Source: a virus
Lineage: Duplodnaviria > Caudoviricetes
Length of the DNA stretch: 48,304 nucleotides
IMG/VR virus record: IMGVR_UViG_3300037424_001203
Coordinates: 1-48,304 of that record
Direction: 5' to 3' (one strand)
Positions within the stretch are counted from its first letter, which is position 1; each line of letters begins with the position of its first letter. This document shows positions 16,075-26,646 of the stretch, piece by piece. A program made the position numbers and the translations under genes. The notes beneath the pieces are model-generated. The model did no database searches, was not told where the DNA came from, and saw only the letters and a list, made by a program, of their open reading frames with translations.

Positions 16075-18974
16075 GCCACCGCCCCCATCGCCGCCGCCAG
16101 ACAGGCGGCGCCACGCTCGATCACCTCGGCGCGGTCCTTGGCCTCGATATTCAGCTCGGCGACGTCGCGCTCGACGCGCGCGCGCAGATCCTCGGGAATA
16201 TAGGTTTCGTTGGCCTTGTAGTCCGCCTCGGCCTCGGCCCGCGCCTTCTCGGCCGCGGCCAGGCGCGCCGACGGCTCGCCGGCGATCGAGACCGGTTCGG
16301 GCAGCTTGTCGGCGGCTTGCGAAGCTTCGAGCACGGCCGAGTCGTCGCGCGGCGCGACCTGCTCGGCAAAGGGCTTTACCGGTATGGAACCGGCATCATC
16401 AGCGATTGGCGCCAGGCGCGCGACCGCTTCGCCGTTCTTATGGGTAATTTCGATCAGCTTGTCCTCGAACAGGACAAAGTTGCGGGTGCCGCTATCGTCT
16501 TTCAAAAGACGCGCGCGCTCCGTCATCAAGGCATCGTGCTCTGCAAGGTGCTGTTTGGTAAGCTCGCCGCCGTCTATTTTCTTGATCTCACCAAGCCGCG
16601 TGTCGATATCTTCAAGCCGGGCGGTATGTTTCTCCACAGGCCGCGATCCCTGATCGAGATACTTGATGCCAGGAATGCCGGCTTCGCGCAGCGCAGCTGA
16701 AGCTGCGGCATCCATTTCCCTGGCGGGCAGTTTCGTCGATAAACCGAGATCGGTGTAATAGGCCCTCATACTGCGACCGGGATCGGATGCGATATGCGCC
16801 TTTAAATCTTGTGGAGACCAGCCGCGTGCCCGCGCATAGGCTTCCCGAACGTATTCTGTCTGCTCGCTCAGCGGCTTGTCCCAATCGAGAAAGTAATCCC
16901 GGTTAGCGCGAACGCGCACCTGATACATGTTGCCAAAGCTTTCTAGGGCTTTGACCGTCTTCGGCGAGAGGTCAAAATTCTCCGCTTCACGAACCGCCGC
17001 CGTCACCGCCTGGTGAGGGTAGTCAAACCCAAGCCAGTCGTCTTCCTCAAGCGCTTCGAGCAACCGCTTTTGTGACGGCGTGAAGTCTTTGCTTTCCTTG
17101 ATCCAGCGAGCAGCATCACCCGGATCGTCAAACTCGCCGTAGATGTCCTGCACCTTCCGAATGAAGTCGCCGTGCGTGATTCTCTTCCTGTAATCGTTGG
17201 CCACCACCGCATTCTCGGCAAGATAAAGCCCGTGACCGTAAGCCATCGCACCTTCGCCGGTGCCGGTCTTGTCCAACGAAAACGCCTCGAAATCGTGCGG
17301 GCTACCGTGCCACAGCTCAAGTGACTCGGCGATGCGCGCGTCGGTCTTGGCCGCTTCCTCAAGCATTTCGCCGACCCGCACCGGCTCGCCGTCATGCAAG
17401 GCAGCGATGGCGCCGCGCAGCGCGTCTTCCTTGGCGCGCGGTGGCAGATCGTCGAGCGCGGCGACGACGGGATGGACGCCAATCCCGCGCTCGGTGAAAG
17501 CACCGCGCACCGCGTCGGTCGCGTCAAGCTCCGGATCCGCGCGCATGGCGTCAAGCGCGGCCCGCGCCACCGACTGGTGCGTCGGCTCGGGCAGCTCGCG
17601 CTCGGCCAGGATCGCCTCGACCTCGGCCCGCGATTCCTCTAAATGCTGCATCCGCCGGGCATGGTCTTCCGCGGCGGCGGCGCGCAGATCTTCGGGGCTT
17701 CGATAACCCTGCTCGCCGGCCGGATATTGCTTCTGCCCGCGCGCCTCGGCGTCAATTGCGCCAAGCAAATCGTTAACCGTGCTGTCGGAAACCCCGCCGT
17801 GAACCGCGCCCGGATCGTGCAGGTAGCCGGCCTCGACCGCGCCCTCGCGCAGCCGGTCGAGCGGCAGCCCACCGGCGCGCACCAGCACGCGACCGCCCAC
17901 GGTCGGATTTTTGCCGCCAAAGGCCGCGAGCAGATCGGTGGCCAAAGGATCGTCCTTGCTGACCCCGCCACGGTCGGCGATGAATTCGAGCAGCGATTGC
18001 GGCGCTTTTTCCCGGCCCGGCGCCGGAGCCGGCGGGCGCGACGGTATAATTGACGTTTCGGCGCTGGGAGCCTCGCTGAGAGGCGCTGGCGGGATCGCCG
18101 CCCCATCGTCCGGCGCGGCGGCGTTTGCCGGGCTGCCTGCCTGGCGCTGGCCCGGCAGCCCGCCGGCGAAGGCCTCGCCGTCGGCAAACGGATAGACCGG
18201 CTTGCCCTTGCGGCCGCGCATGACGTCGGCGACGCCGCCGCCGACGGTATGCAAAGACCCGCCCAGCACCGCGCCGTACATGACCTGACGCAACGCCTCG
18301 ACGAAGGTATAATCCTGCCCTTCCTGATGGCGGGCGATGATTTCAAGCGGCTCGACCACCGCCGCGCCGACCGCGCCTTCGACCGCGCCCACGGTCGCCC
18401 GCGCGCCGGCCCGCGCCATGACGCTTGTCCCGGCATTGGCCAAAAGCTTGGCGTAGCGCGCCTCGCCGACCACCGGAATGAAGGCGGAGGCGACGTTGAT
18501 CGGATCGATCGCCGACACCAGCAGCGAGGTGCCGACGCCGAGCGCGCCGGCCATGAGGCCGCCCGGGCCGCGCTCGATCGTCGCCTGGCGCTCGCGCCGC
18601 GCCCTGGCCCGCTCGATCATGATGTCGAGCGCCGGCGCCTTGATCGTCGGCTGATCCGGCATGTGCAGGATCTTGTCGAGGCCGGCGTCCTTGACGCGGG
18701 CGCGCGCCTGTTCGATCGGGACGTCGGCGATGCCAGCCCGCACCGGGCTCACCTGGTCGGGATAGCCGAAAGGCTCCAAGCCCGTCATGGTGCTGTAGGT
18801 CGGCGGCAACTCGCCTTTGGCGTCGCTCAATTCCTGCATGCGCGACAACGCCACCAGCGGCAGGCTGTCGAAGGCCTCGCCAGCGCTGGCGGCAAGTGAC
18901 TCGCCAAGCGACGCGTCGACCTCGTGAATGCCGAGGCCGGCGCTTTGGCGAAGGCCGTCCGTATAAATTGTCAC
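16071..18974 (-). CDS. Internal virion protein carrying an ART-PolyVal-like ADP-ribosyltransferase domain
   Basis: LWHGSPHDF...GTGEGAMAYGHGLYLAE...LDWDKPLSEQ...GIPGIKYLDQGSR...RNFVLFED at about 17315-16432. Confidence 0.8.
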   Translation of the reverse strand: MTIYTDGLRQSAGLGIHEVDASLGESLAASAGEAFDSLPLVALSRMQELSDAKGELPPTYSTMTGLEPFGYPDQVSPVRAGIADVPIEQARARVKDAGLDKILHMPDQPTIKAPALDIMIERARARRERQATIERGPGGLMAGALGVGTSLLVSAIDPINVASAFIPVVGEARYAKLLANAGTSVMARAGARATVGAVEGAVGAAVVEPLEIIARHQEGQDYTFVEALRQVMYGAVLGGSLHTVGGGVADVMRGRKGKPVYPFADGEAFAGGLPGQRQAGSPANAAAPDDGAAIPPAPLSEAPSAETSIIPSRPPAPAPGREKAPQSLLEFIADRGGVSKDDPLATDLLAAFGGKNPTVGGRVLVRAGGLPLDRLREGAVEAGYLHDPGAVHGGVSDSTVNDLLGAIDAEARGQKQYPAGEQGYRSPEDLRAAAAEDHARRMQHLEESRAEVEAILAERELPEPTHQSVARAALDAMRADPELDATDAVRGAFTERGIGVHPVVAALDDLPPRAKEDALRGAIAALHDGEPVRVGEMLEEAAKTDARIAESLELWHGSPHDFEAFSLDKTGTGEGAMAYGHGLYLAENAVVANDYRKRITHGDFIRKVQDIYGEFDDPGDAARWIKESKDFTPSQKRLLEALEEDDWLGFDYPHQAVTAAVREAENFDLSPKTVKALESFGNMYQVRVRANRDYFLDWDKPLSEQTEYVREAYARARGWSPQDLKAHIASDPGRSMRAYYTDLGLSTKLPAREMDAAASAALREAGIPGIKYLDQGSRPVEKHTARLEDIDTRLGEIKKIDGGELTKQHLAEHDALMTERARLLKDDSGTRNFVLFEDKLIEITHKNGEAVARLAPIADDAGSIPVKPFAEQVAPRDDSAVLEASQAADKLPEPVSIAGEPSARLAAAEKARAEAEADYKANETYIPEDLRARVERDVAELNIEAKDRAEVIERGAACLAAAMGAVA

Positions 18975-21652
18975 GGTTCAATCCCGCCGACCGCCGTGCG
19001 GTCGGTGAAGCGCGGGTTGGCGGTCATGCGTGCCGGCTCTGCGCCGATTGTCAGCGTCTGCCGTTTGGCGCGCCGCGCCTGCGCTTCCGCGTCCTGTTTG
19101 CCCAAATCATTGAGCTGCGCCCAGGACAGGATCAGCGGCTTGCCGTCGGCGCGGCGCACCGCCTGATCCTTGTAGATCAGCGCCAGCCCCGACTCGTCCG
19201 GCGCCGTGACCCAGACGCCATCGCGCGCATAGGCGCTGGCGGTCGCCGTCTTGAGATAGTCGGGTGAAAGACCGCCGATGGTGTCGCGCGCCGGCGCGAT
19301 GCCGAGATCGCCAAGCTTGGCTTTCGCCGCCCGCGCGCCCGCGGCGATCGCTTCCGGCGAAACCGGAATATCCTTCGGCACCCGATAGCTGCCGCCCGAG
19401 AAATCGTACTTGAACCCGACCAGATCGTCGAAGGCCTTAACCGCCGCGTCGCTCGAGCTCATGCCCTGCATGACGTGATAGGCGGCGAGCTTCTCGCCTT
19501 CGCCGCGGAAATCGTTGAAGGTCTTGATCGCGCCCTCGCTGCCGGCCATCGACGCGGCCAGCGGCTTGAACGCCGCCAGCACGTCCTTTTTGACAGTAGC
19601 GAATTTCTCAGTGTCCTGATCCTTCAGGATGTCGTTGAGCGGGATCTTCGCCGTCTCGGCCAGGATCTGCGCGGCGTGCGGTTTAACACCCGATCCGATC
19701 ACCCGCACCACCGGCTGCGCGCCCTTGGCGATCTCGCGATAGACGTCGGGCCAGCGATCGCCCCACAGCTGCGCCTCGCGTTCGATCGCGGCGGCGACAT
19801 TGAGCGTGCCGCCGGCGGCGTCCGGCCGCGTCAGCATGGCGTTGAAAGTATCGACGTAGGATTCCGGCACGATGCGTCGCTGTTCGGCCGGCACGCCGAT
19901 CCTGGCTTGTTCCATGTCCATCTTGGCCGCCAGATCCCGCGCCGCCGCCTGCCTGGCTTCCGGCGCCGCCGCCGGGTCGTTTACGACGCTGGCAAATTTG
20001 GCATAGGCCTCGTTGACCACCGGCAGCCGCGCGATCGCAAACGCCGCCGGGTCGACTTTGCGTTTTTGATTGTTCTCGACAATCGCCGCGCTGAGCTCTT
20101 TGTAACGCTTGTCAGCCGCCGCATATCCTTCACTGCCCGGCTTCGGCTGGTAGCTTTCGAGCAATCGCGCTTGCGCGCCGGGACCGAGCGCCGCCACCGT
20201 CTGCAGATCGGTGCCGAGCCGCAACAGGCCCTGATAGTCCTTGAATTTCCGCGGCCCGACTTCCGCGCCAAGCGCGCCGACGAAATCGCTCAAGCCGAGC
20301 GGATTTGTCACGCCGCCGGTCCGCATCGCCTCGGCGCTGGTATCCTCGAAACGCTGCCTGAACGTCGACAGATCGTCGGCATTGCGCTTGTGCAGCTGAC
20401 CTTCGGCGCGCGCCAGCATCTGCGCCCGCTGGTCCGGCGGCAGCAGATCGTAAATCCCGGCGCTGCCGCCGGCCGCGCCGCCCATCTTGCCGTCGGCCCA
20501 TTGCGTCACCGAACCCACGAGCTTGCCGCCCAGGATCGACGGATTGGCCACGATCATGCGATCGGCCTGGTCCTTGCCGACGGCTTGCGCCAGCGCGTCG
20601 GCGACCGGCATCTTCGGATCGGCCGTAAGAACGGCGGCGGCGGCGCCGGGCCCGAGAAAATGCGCGAGATATTGCGCGCCCGGCGTCGCCTCGATGCCCT
20701 TGCGCCTGAGAAAGGCTTCGTTGCCGCGCCGGTAGGCTTCCGTCATGTCGCGCCGCAAGCCCTGGTCGGCGCGCATCGCCAGCAGATCGTCGTCGCTATG
20801 ACCCTTGGCCAGATCCGGCCGCTCGCGCTTGACCAAATCGAGCCAAGTCGAATTGATGAAACCGCCGACCGCCGACGAACCCGGATCCTTGCCGGCGCCC
20901 TCGTTTTCCATGATCCGGCCGGTCAGCGCCGCCGGCGAACCCGGCGCGGCGCGCAGCCTATTGACCGCCGCCTGCGGGTCGCGCCCGATCAGCCCGGTCA
21001 GATCGGCGGTCGCATAGCGCCGCACGAAGGCCTGTTTGACCGCCAGCGCCTGCTCGGGATTGTAGAAGCCCTTGGCCGCCAGGCGGTCGATCAGCGTATT
21101 GTGGCCGTCGATCAATTCGCGGCGCTTGTCCGGATCGTCGGTCGCGACCGCCTGGTCGATGAACTTGTCGCCCTGTTCGTCGGCCCAGGCGCGGTTTGCC
21201 GAACCTTCCAGCGACCGCACGCGCGCCTGCACGCGGCCGCGCTGGCGCTCGATATCCGGCGTCATTTCAAGGCTGAATTTTTCCTTGAGTTTCGGGTTGC
21301 GGATCAAGGCCGCGGCGTCGTTTTGCACTTTCGTCAGGCGCTCGCCGTAGCGCTTTTCTAACGTGGCGTAATCTTGATCGTCGGCATGCTCGTTATCGAG
21401 CGCGCCGGTCCCGGTCAGATAGGCCGACCGCGCCTTGGCGTAATCGAGCGCGTCGTCGTCCTTGGCCCGATCGACCGCGACCGACGCGACGTCCTGGCCG
21501 GCCGACGAAAGCCCCTTGCCGATGTCCTGCGCGCCTTTGGCGATCGCCGCCGCGCCGCGCGCATAGCCGGTGACGTCGTAGCTCGCGACCGGCCGGCCGG
21601 AGGAGGCCGACGGCAGGCCGCCGAACGCGCTATCGTCGGGCAGTTTGGACAT
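18971..21652 (-). CDS. Internal virion protein with lysozyme/transglycosylase-like domain
   Basis: IMENEG...SSAVGGFINSTWL...YLAHFLGPGAA motif at about 20925-20490. Confidence 0.8.
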   Translation of the reverse strand: MSKLPDDSAFGGLPSASSGRPVASYDVTGYARGAAAIAKGAQDIGKGLSSAGQDVASVAVDRAKDDDALDYAKARSAYLTGTGALDNEHADDQDYATLEKRYGERLTKVQNDAAALIRNPKLKEKFSLEMTPDIERQRGRVQARVRSLEGSANRAWADEQGDKFIDQAVATDDPDKRRELIDGHNTLIDRLAAKGFYNPEQALAVKQAFVRRYATADLTGLIGRDPQAAVNRLRAAPGSPAALTGRIMENEGAGKDPGSSAVGGFINSTWLDLVKRERPDLAKGHSDDDLLAMRADQGLRRDMTEAYRRGNEAFLRRKGIEATPGAQYLAHFLGPGAAAAVLTADPKMPVADALAQAVGKDQADRMIVANPSILGGKLVGSVTQWADGKMGGAAGGSAGIYDLLPPDQRAQMLARAEGQLHKRNADDLSTFRQRFEDTSAEAMRTGGVTNPLGLSDFVGALGAEVGPRKFKDYQGLLRLGTDLQTVAALGPGAQARLLESYQPKPGSEGYAAADKRYKELSAAIVENNQKRKVDPAAFAIARLPVVNEAYAKFASVVNDPAAAPEARQAAARDLAAKMDMEQARIGVPAEQRRIVPESYVDTFNAMLTRPDAAGGTLNVAAAIEREAQLWGDRWPDVYREIAKGAQPVVRVIGSGVKPHAAQILAETAKIPLNDILKDQDTEKFATVKKDVLAAFKPLAASMAGSEGAIKTFNDFRGEGEKLAAYHVMQGMSSSDAAVKAFDDLVGFKYDFSGGSYRVPKDIPVSPEAIAAGARAAKAKLGDLGIAPARDTIGGLSPDYLKTATASAYARDGVWVTAPDESGLALIYKDQAVRRADGKPLILSWAQLNDLGKQDAEAQARRAKRQTLTIGAEPARMTANPRFTDRTAVGGIEP

Positions 21653-22176
21653 CAGCCGTAGCTCGGCAGTTTGTTGTAGGTTTTATACATCGACCCGGCC
21701 CCGCCGATGATGGTGCCGAGCGCCGACAATTGCGCCGCCTTGCGCTTGGCCTGACCCTCGGCCGCCAGCGCCTCGCCGGTCATCCGCGCGCCGGTCGCCG
21801 CGTCCTCGAGGCCGCGCGCCCGGTTCTCGCCCTTGTACATGTCGAGCAGGGCCTCGTATTCGCCGCGCACGGCGATGTCGCCGCTGAGATTGACAATGTC
21901 GGTGTCGGCGGTGTCGCCGCCGCCGGCGGCGGCGCGCGCAAACAGCGTCGACTGCAGCAACCGGGTCTGGCGCCGCTTGTCGAGCGCGCCGCGCTGGGCG
22001 CTGGCGCGGCTTTCCTGCGCCTGCTGGCCTAACTGGACCGCCTCGAAGTTCTTTCCCTGCTGGGCCACGTCGCCGGCGGCGGCGGCCGCGTTGCCGCCGG
22101 CGATCGTGCCGGCGGCGGTTGTCGCCGCACCCGCCGCGGTCAGCGCCAGCGCGCCCAGGGTAATCGGGTCAGCCAT
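21652..22176 (-). CDS. Small internal virion protein (T7 gp14-like position)
   Basis: MADPITLGALALTAAGAA Ala/Gly-rich N-terminus; synteny. Confidence 0.75.
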   Translation of the reverse strand: MADPITLGALALTAAGAATTAAGTIAGGNAAAAAGDVAQQGKNFEAVQLGQQAQESRASAQRGALDKRRQTRLLQSTLFARAAAGGGDTADTDIVNLSGDIAVRGEYEALLDMYKGENRARGLEDAATGARMTGEALAAEGQAKRKAAQLSALGTIIGGAGSMYKTYNKLPSYG

Positions 22177-22567
22177 CGCCACCTCCCCGACCGTCCGGCG
22201 TCCAGATCCACACCGTCTCGCCGGCATTCGCCGGCCGCGGCGTAAACCCAAGCCGCTTGAGCCAGCGCTCGGCCGGCGCGATCGCCGGATCGGCGAGTGC
22301 GACCAGCCGCGGCAGCCGCAGCTTGCGCGCCTCGGCAATGATAAACAGCCCGGCCCGGTGCAGGCTGACGCGGTGGCGCTCGGCGCCGTCGGCCAGCATC
22401 AGAAAAGCGCCGTACGTGTCCTGGCCGAGCCAGGCGATGCCGCCGATGCCGATCACGCGGCCGTCTTTTTCGCCGGTCACGGCCCGCACGCGATAAGACA
22501 GCGGTTCGCGCAGCAGCTCGGCAAAATCTTCCGGGCGCGCCGGACGCAGCACCACCGCGCCCATCAT
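22169..22567 (-). CDS. GNAT-fold virion assembly protein (T7 gp13-like position)
   Basis: VIGIGGI...AERWLKRLGF GNAT pattern; follows tail tube B. Confidence 0.72.
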   Translation of the reverse strand: MMGAVVLRPARPEDFAELLREPLSYRVRAVTGEKDGRVIGIGGIAWLGQDTYGAFLMLADGAERHRVSLHRAGLFIIAEARKLRLPRLVALADPAIAPAERWLKRLGFTPRPANAGETVWIWTPDGRGGGDG

Positions 22568-25314
22568 TCGTTGGTCGTGACCGAAATGACCGCCGCCGCC
22601 ACCGTGCAGGGCCGTGGCGATGCCGCGGTCAGACACAGCCGCGCGTCGCTGTCCCATTCGCCCGGCAGCGCCGTCGACGGCGCGTCGAAATCCGGCCACA
22701 CCGTATCGTCCTCGACCGTGGCGCCTTCCTCGACTTCCGGCAGCTCGTCCATGGTGTCGAACGACTGGCCGTATTGAAGGCCGGCTTTGTGGGTGTCGAT
22801 CATGATCAAGCCGATCTTGTCGATTTTCTTCTTCACCGTCAGCGCGCTGCCGGCCAGCGCGGCATAAGCCAGCTTGGCCGACTTGAACCGCGCGCTGTAG
22901 CCTAAGCCGACGCAAGCGTCGGTGACCGCCGAGGCCAGCCCGGTAATCTGCCCGCTTGCCACCGTGAAGGTGCCGAGGTCGCGCCCGACCGTCACCACCG
23001 TGCCGTCGGGCAGCGTCGCCGTGAACGGCGTCGCGGTGTTCCAGCCCCACACCGTCACGGTCTCGCCTTCGAGATGCGAAAGCCCGCCGATCATCGTCGT
23101 CGCGGCGCCGGAATACATGACATGCGAGTCGGACAGCCGCGCTTCCGGCTGACCGGCGCACTGGTCGCGGCGCGCCATTTTCTCGATGAAACGCTTGGTC
23201 GCGCCGTTGATGACGCGCTTGACGCCGTAATAGACCTTATCCTCGAGATTGCCGGGCAGCACCGCGCCGCATTCGACGACGCCGGCGGCGCCGGCGCTCG
23301 CCGCCGTCTTGAGCCGCCACCAGCCCTCGACGTCGTCCTGCTTGTCGTACAGCAGGTAAGCGACTTCGCCGTTGTCGAGAACGAACGGCAATTGCGTGTC
23401 CGGCTGGCGCTGCGCGAGCAAATCGGCGACTCCCGGCACCAGGATGTCCGGGTTGAGCCGGGTCAGGTCGTTGGCGGCATAATCCTGCTGGTCGACGCTG
23501 AAGCTCAGCTCGTAGGCCCGGCGGTTGGACTTGTCGACGAAGACGCCGCGGGTGTCGACCTTGACCGCCGCCACCGGCGCCGAGCCGTGCGTCGAACAAT
23601 CCTTGAATGAGATATTGGTCCGGGTCAGCGGCTCCTCGAGCGCGCCGGACCGGACCGACGTTTCCTGGCCCTCGCGGCCGATCACCAGGCGCGTCAGCGA
23701 CAACGCCCAATGGACGATGTCGAGCGGCCCGAAGCCGACCGAGCGGCTGATCGGCGCGCTGTCGCCCTCGACGTCGAGATCGAAAGAGCTGAACGCGTCC
23801 GACACCGATCCCCACATGCGATCGCGGCCGAACCAGTCGAGCCGGCCGTCGTGAAACCGCACCGCGCTCGGCCAGCCGGCGACATCCGACCATTCCGCCT
23901 GGTTCCAATTGTCGGTCGCCGTCAACGACGAGAACGCCGACAAAACCTCGATGTCGACCGCCGTGCGCGATGTAAAGCCGGTCACCCGCGCCACGCCGGC
24001 GCCGCCGCCGCCGACGTAGCTCAGCGTGATGCCGGCCGTGCCGCTGGTATAAGCGCCGGTCTTGAAGCCAATACGGTACCACGCGATCGAATTGGCCAGA
24101 CTGTCGTCGTAGGTCGACGACGCATTCGCGGTAAAAGGCGTGACGTCGGCGAAGCCCGAACTCTCCGAATCGAACGAACGCTGCAGCGTCAACGTGCCGG
24201 CCCAGGTGCCGGTGATGGCATAGTTAAACACCCGGGCGGCGTCGACGCCGCTGACGCGAATCGCCGAGCTGAAGGTGTTCTGCGCGGCAAGCGAGGCGGT
24301 GACGGTCTGTCCGGTCGAGAACAACCGGAACAGCGCGCCGACATGACCGCTGCGAAACAGATTGCGGCTGGCCGTCAAGGTGCCGTTGCCGGTCAGCACG
24401 CTCGGCGTCAGCGTGATGTCCGAGGTATTGGCGACCTGAAACGGCCCATCGTCGGATTTATACAGCACGAACGACCAGGAGGCGGTGCCGCGCCGTTCGA
24501 TCTTGCGCTGCTGCTGGCCGTAACATGCGCAATAGACGATATCGCCGGACTGATCGAAGCGGACATAGCGCAGATCGGCCTCGGCCCAGCTGGTCGGCAC
24601 CGTCATCGCGCCTTCGGCTTCGATCGCAATCGAATCGACGATCTTGCTCTGCGCCGAAATCGTCTCTAATTCGATGTAGACTGTCGCCGCATTGGGCGTA
24701 AAGGCCAGCGAATGCGTACCGGTGTCGAGCGTCGTCTCGGCGATCAGATCGTCGTCGCCGTCGCTGGTGCCGGCGCGGAAGGTCACCGGGCCGCGCATCA
24801 CGACAATGCGAAACGCATGCTCGACCGCCTGATAGGCGGAAGCGACGATAACCGTCCGCTTCGCCTGCGCCAAACCGCCGGACGCCGGCGACGCCAAGGT
24901 CAGCAGTCCGCCGGAGATCGTGGCGACCGCGCCGGTGCCGGTCGCGGTCAGCGTCCAGCCCGTGTCGCTGCCGAAATCGCCGTGAACCACCGCCGTACCG
25001 ACAGCCGCGCGGGTCACCAGCGTCTCGTCGTCGCCGTCGACGTTCCAGACCCGCAACACGCTGTCGGTGATCTCGATCAACGCGGTATCGGAAAATGCGA
25101 AGACAAACGGCACCAGGCGAAACGCCAGATCGCCGTTGACGCCGCCGACGTACTGCTTGCCGGGCCGCAGCATCATCGGGCCCAGCACTTCCGGCAGCCA
25201 GTTTTCCTGGATCTCGGCCGACAGCCGCATCCGCTCGACGTCGACCCGCGCCAAAGCGCGCTTGGCCACCTCACCGCGGTTGAAGGCGAGGAGAGCCGGA
25301 CGGTCGCGGGCCAT
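22564..25314 (-). CDS. Tail tubular protein B (nozzle)
   Basis: Starts MARDRPALLAFNRGEV; GWPSAVRFHDGRL; VGLGY; 916 aa. Confidence 0.88.
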   Translation of the reverse strand: MARDRPALLAFNRGEVAKRALARVDVERMRLSAEIQENWLPEVLGPMMLRPGKQYVGGVNGDLAFRLVPFVFAFSDTALIEITDSVLRVWNVDGDDETLVTRAAVGTAVVHGDFGSDTGWTLTATGTGAVATISGGLLTLASPASGGLAQAKRTVIVASAYQAVEHAFRIVVMRGPVTFRAGTSDGDDDLIAETTLDTGTHSLAFTPNAATVYIELETISAQSKIVDSIAIEAEGAMTVPTSWAEADLRYVRFDQSGDIVYCACYGQQQRKIERRGTASWSFVLYKSDDGPFQVANTSDITLTPSVLTGNGTLTASRNLFRSGHVGALFRLFSTGQTVTASLAAQNTFSSAIRVSGVDAARVFNYAITGTWAGTLTLQRSFDSESSGFADVTPFTANASSTYDDSLANSIAWYRIGFKTGAYTSGTAGITLSYVGGGGAGVARVTGFTSRTAVDIEVLSAFSSLTATDNWNQAEWSDVAGWPSAVRFHDGRLDWFGRDRMWGSVSDAFSSFDLDVEGDSAPISRSVGFGPLDIVHWALSLTRLVIGREGQETSVRSGALEEPLTRTNISFKDCSTHGSAPVAAVKVDTRGVFVDKSNRRAYELSFSVDQQDYAANDLTRLNPDILVPGVADLLAQRQPDTQLPFVLDNGEVAYLLYDKQDDVEGWWRLKTAASAGAAGVVECGAVLPGNLEDKVYYGVKRVINGATKRFIEKMARRDQCAGQPEARLSDSHVMYSGAATTMIGGLSHLEGETVTVWGWNTATPFTATLPDGTVVTVGRDLGTFTVASGQITGLASAVTDACVGLGYSARFKSAKLAYAALAGSALTVKKKIDKIGLIMIDTHKAGLQYGQSFDTMDELPEVEEGATVEDDTVWPDFDAPSTALPGEWDSDARLCLTAASPRPCTVAAAVISVTTNE

Positions 25315-25964
25315 CAGCGCGTCGTGCCATCCCAGCGGGAGCGGCCCGAACTGCCACCTCGCCGCGATTGCACCCAGGTGCCCTCGGGCGCGAACTTGAC
25401 GCCCTCGTTCATCGCATCGTTGGCCAGCGCGATGCCGCGGGCCCTTTTCTCGCGCCGTAACAGGCCGTCGGGGCCGGTCAGCATATCGTCCTTGCCGGTG
25501 ATCCGCTTGCAGGCCTTGGCCGCCAGCCGCAGCGAAACGTAATCGGCGAACGACGCCGACCAGATCGACAGGTCGAGGCCGTAGGCGGTGGCGTTCGACA
25601 CATATTTGACGAACAGCGGATCGCAGTTGGCGTACCAGAGATTGGGCTCGTCGACGTAATCGCGGTCGATCAGCGGCGGAATGAAATTCTCGTTCGCCGA
25701 GATCTCGTAGGTCTTGATCCAATCGTCCGGCTTGTTGAAGGCGTAATCGAACCCGAAGGTCGGCGAGATCGACGCCGACGCATCGGCCTGGACCGCCCGC
25801 ATGGCGAAGTTCCAGTAGCCCTGCTCGAGACAAAAGGCGACGACGCCGCTCCAATAATCGTCCAAGACGCGGCGCGGCTCGCGATTTTCCGACAACGAGC
25901 CGAGCTTGCGCTCCTCGAGCGCGCCGAGCGCCTCGTTGTAGCGCTCGAGCTTGCTTGTTGCCAT
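25314..25964 (-). CDS. Tail tubular protein A (adaptor)
   Basis: N.ALGAL...YWNFA...YAFNKPDD...FADYVSLRLA. Confidence 0.85.
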   Translation of the reverse strand: MATSKLERYNEALGALEERKLGSLSENREPRRVLDDYWSGVVAFCLEQGYWNFAMRAVQADASASISPTFGFDYAFNKPDDWIKTYEISANENFIPPLIDRDYVDEPNLWYANCDPLFVKYVSNATAYGLDLSIWSASFADYVSLRLAAKACKRITGKDDMLTGPDGLLRREKRARGIALANDAMNEGVKFAPEGTWVQSRRGGSSGRSRWDGTTR

Positions 25965-25990
25965 GACGCGTTCCCGCCGCTAACGGCCCG

Positions 25991-26542
25991 TCAGGCCGCC
26001 AGCGATCGCGAATTGAGCGCCAGCCACTGCATCGCGCCCTCGGAGGTATCGAAGCCGCCCTGCATCATCACGCTGTCGCGCACCCGCACCACCGCGTGCT
26101 TGTGGACCGGGCCGGTGTATTTGACCCGGAATTCGTTGACGTTCGGCAGCGCCAGCTCGCCGAGCTCGACATAACGCAACGGTGCGACGTAGGCGGCCTG
26201 GCGGGTCGAAAAACGCACGATCAGCTCGGCGAAATAACAGCCGTCTTCCGGATAGACCTCGATCCGGTCGGTCGGGCGCATTTTTTCCGACCAATGCGAC
26301 CAATAGGCCGGATCGAGCAAGGTTTCGACCGACGTGCCGGGCTCGGGATAGACGCACCAAATGTTGCGCGCGGTCTCGCCGAGCTTGATCCGCGACGGAT
26401 GGATCTTGCGGTTGGCCTTGTTTTCGATCGCCGCGCTGGCGGCCGGCGTCTTCGCGGCCGGCGCATCGGGCTTGGCCGGCGGCGGAATGACGGGCGCGGC
26501 GGCGGCTTTCGCGGCCGTTTTGTTCGTGGATGATTTGGTCAT
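25991..26542 (-). CDS. Hypothetical phage protein
   Basis: Co-oriented between capsid and tail tube A genes. Confidence 0.7.
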   Translation of the reverse strand: MTKSSTNKTAAKAAAAPVIPPPAKPDAPAAKTPAASAAIENKANRKIHPSRIKLGETARNIWCVYPEPGTSVETLLDPAYWSHWSEKMRPTDRIEVYPEDGCYFAELIVRFSTRQAAYVAPLRYVELGELALPNVNEFRVKYTGPVHKHAVVRVRDSVMMQGGFDTSEGAMQWLALNSRSLAA

Positions 26543-26646
26543 GACGAGCCCTTTCAGGGAAGCCGATTTGGGAGTGCGGACGAACCGGAGTCGAGGCGGG
26601 CGGGCCCGAGGGTCCGCCCGCTGTTTGTCTTAGCCGTGCCGGCGCT

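Noticed and set aside
22564-25854. 1096-aa version of tail tube B
   Set aside because: The N-terminal extension overlaps tail tube A; the coupled ATG at 25314 gives the typical FNRGE start
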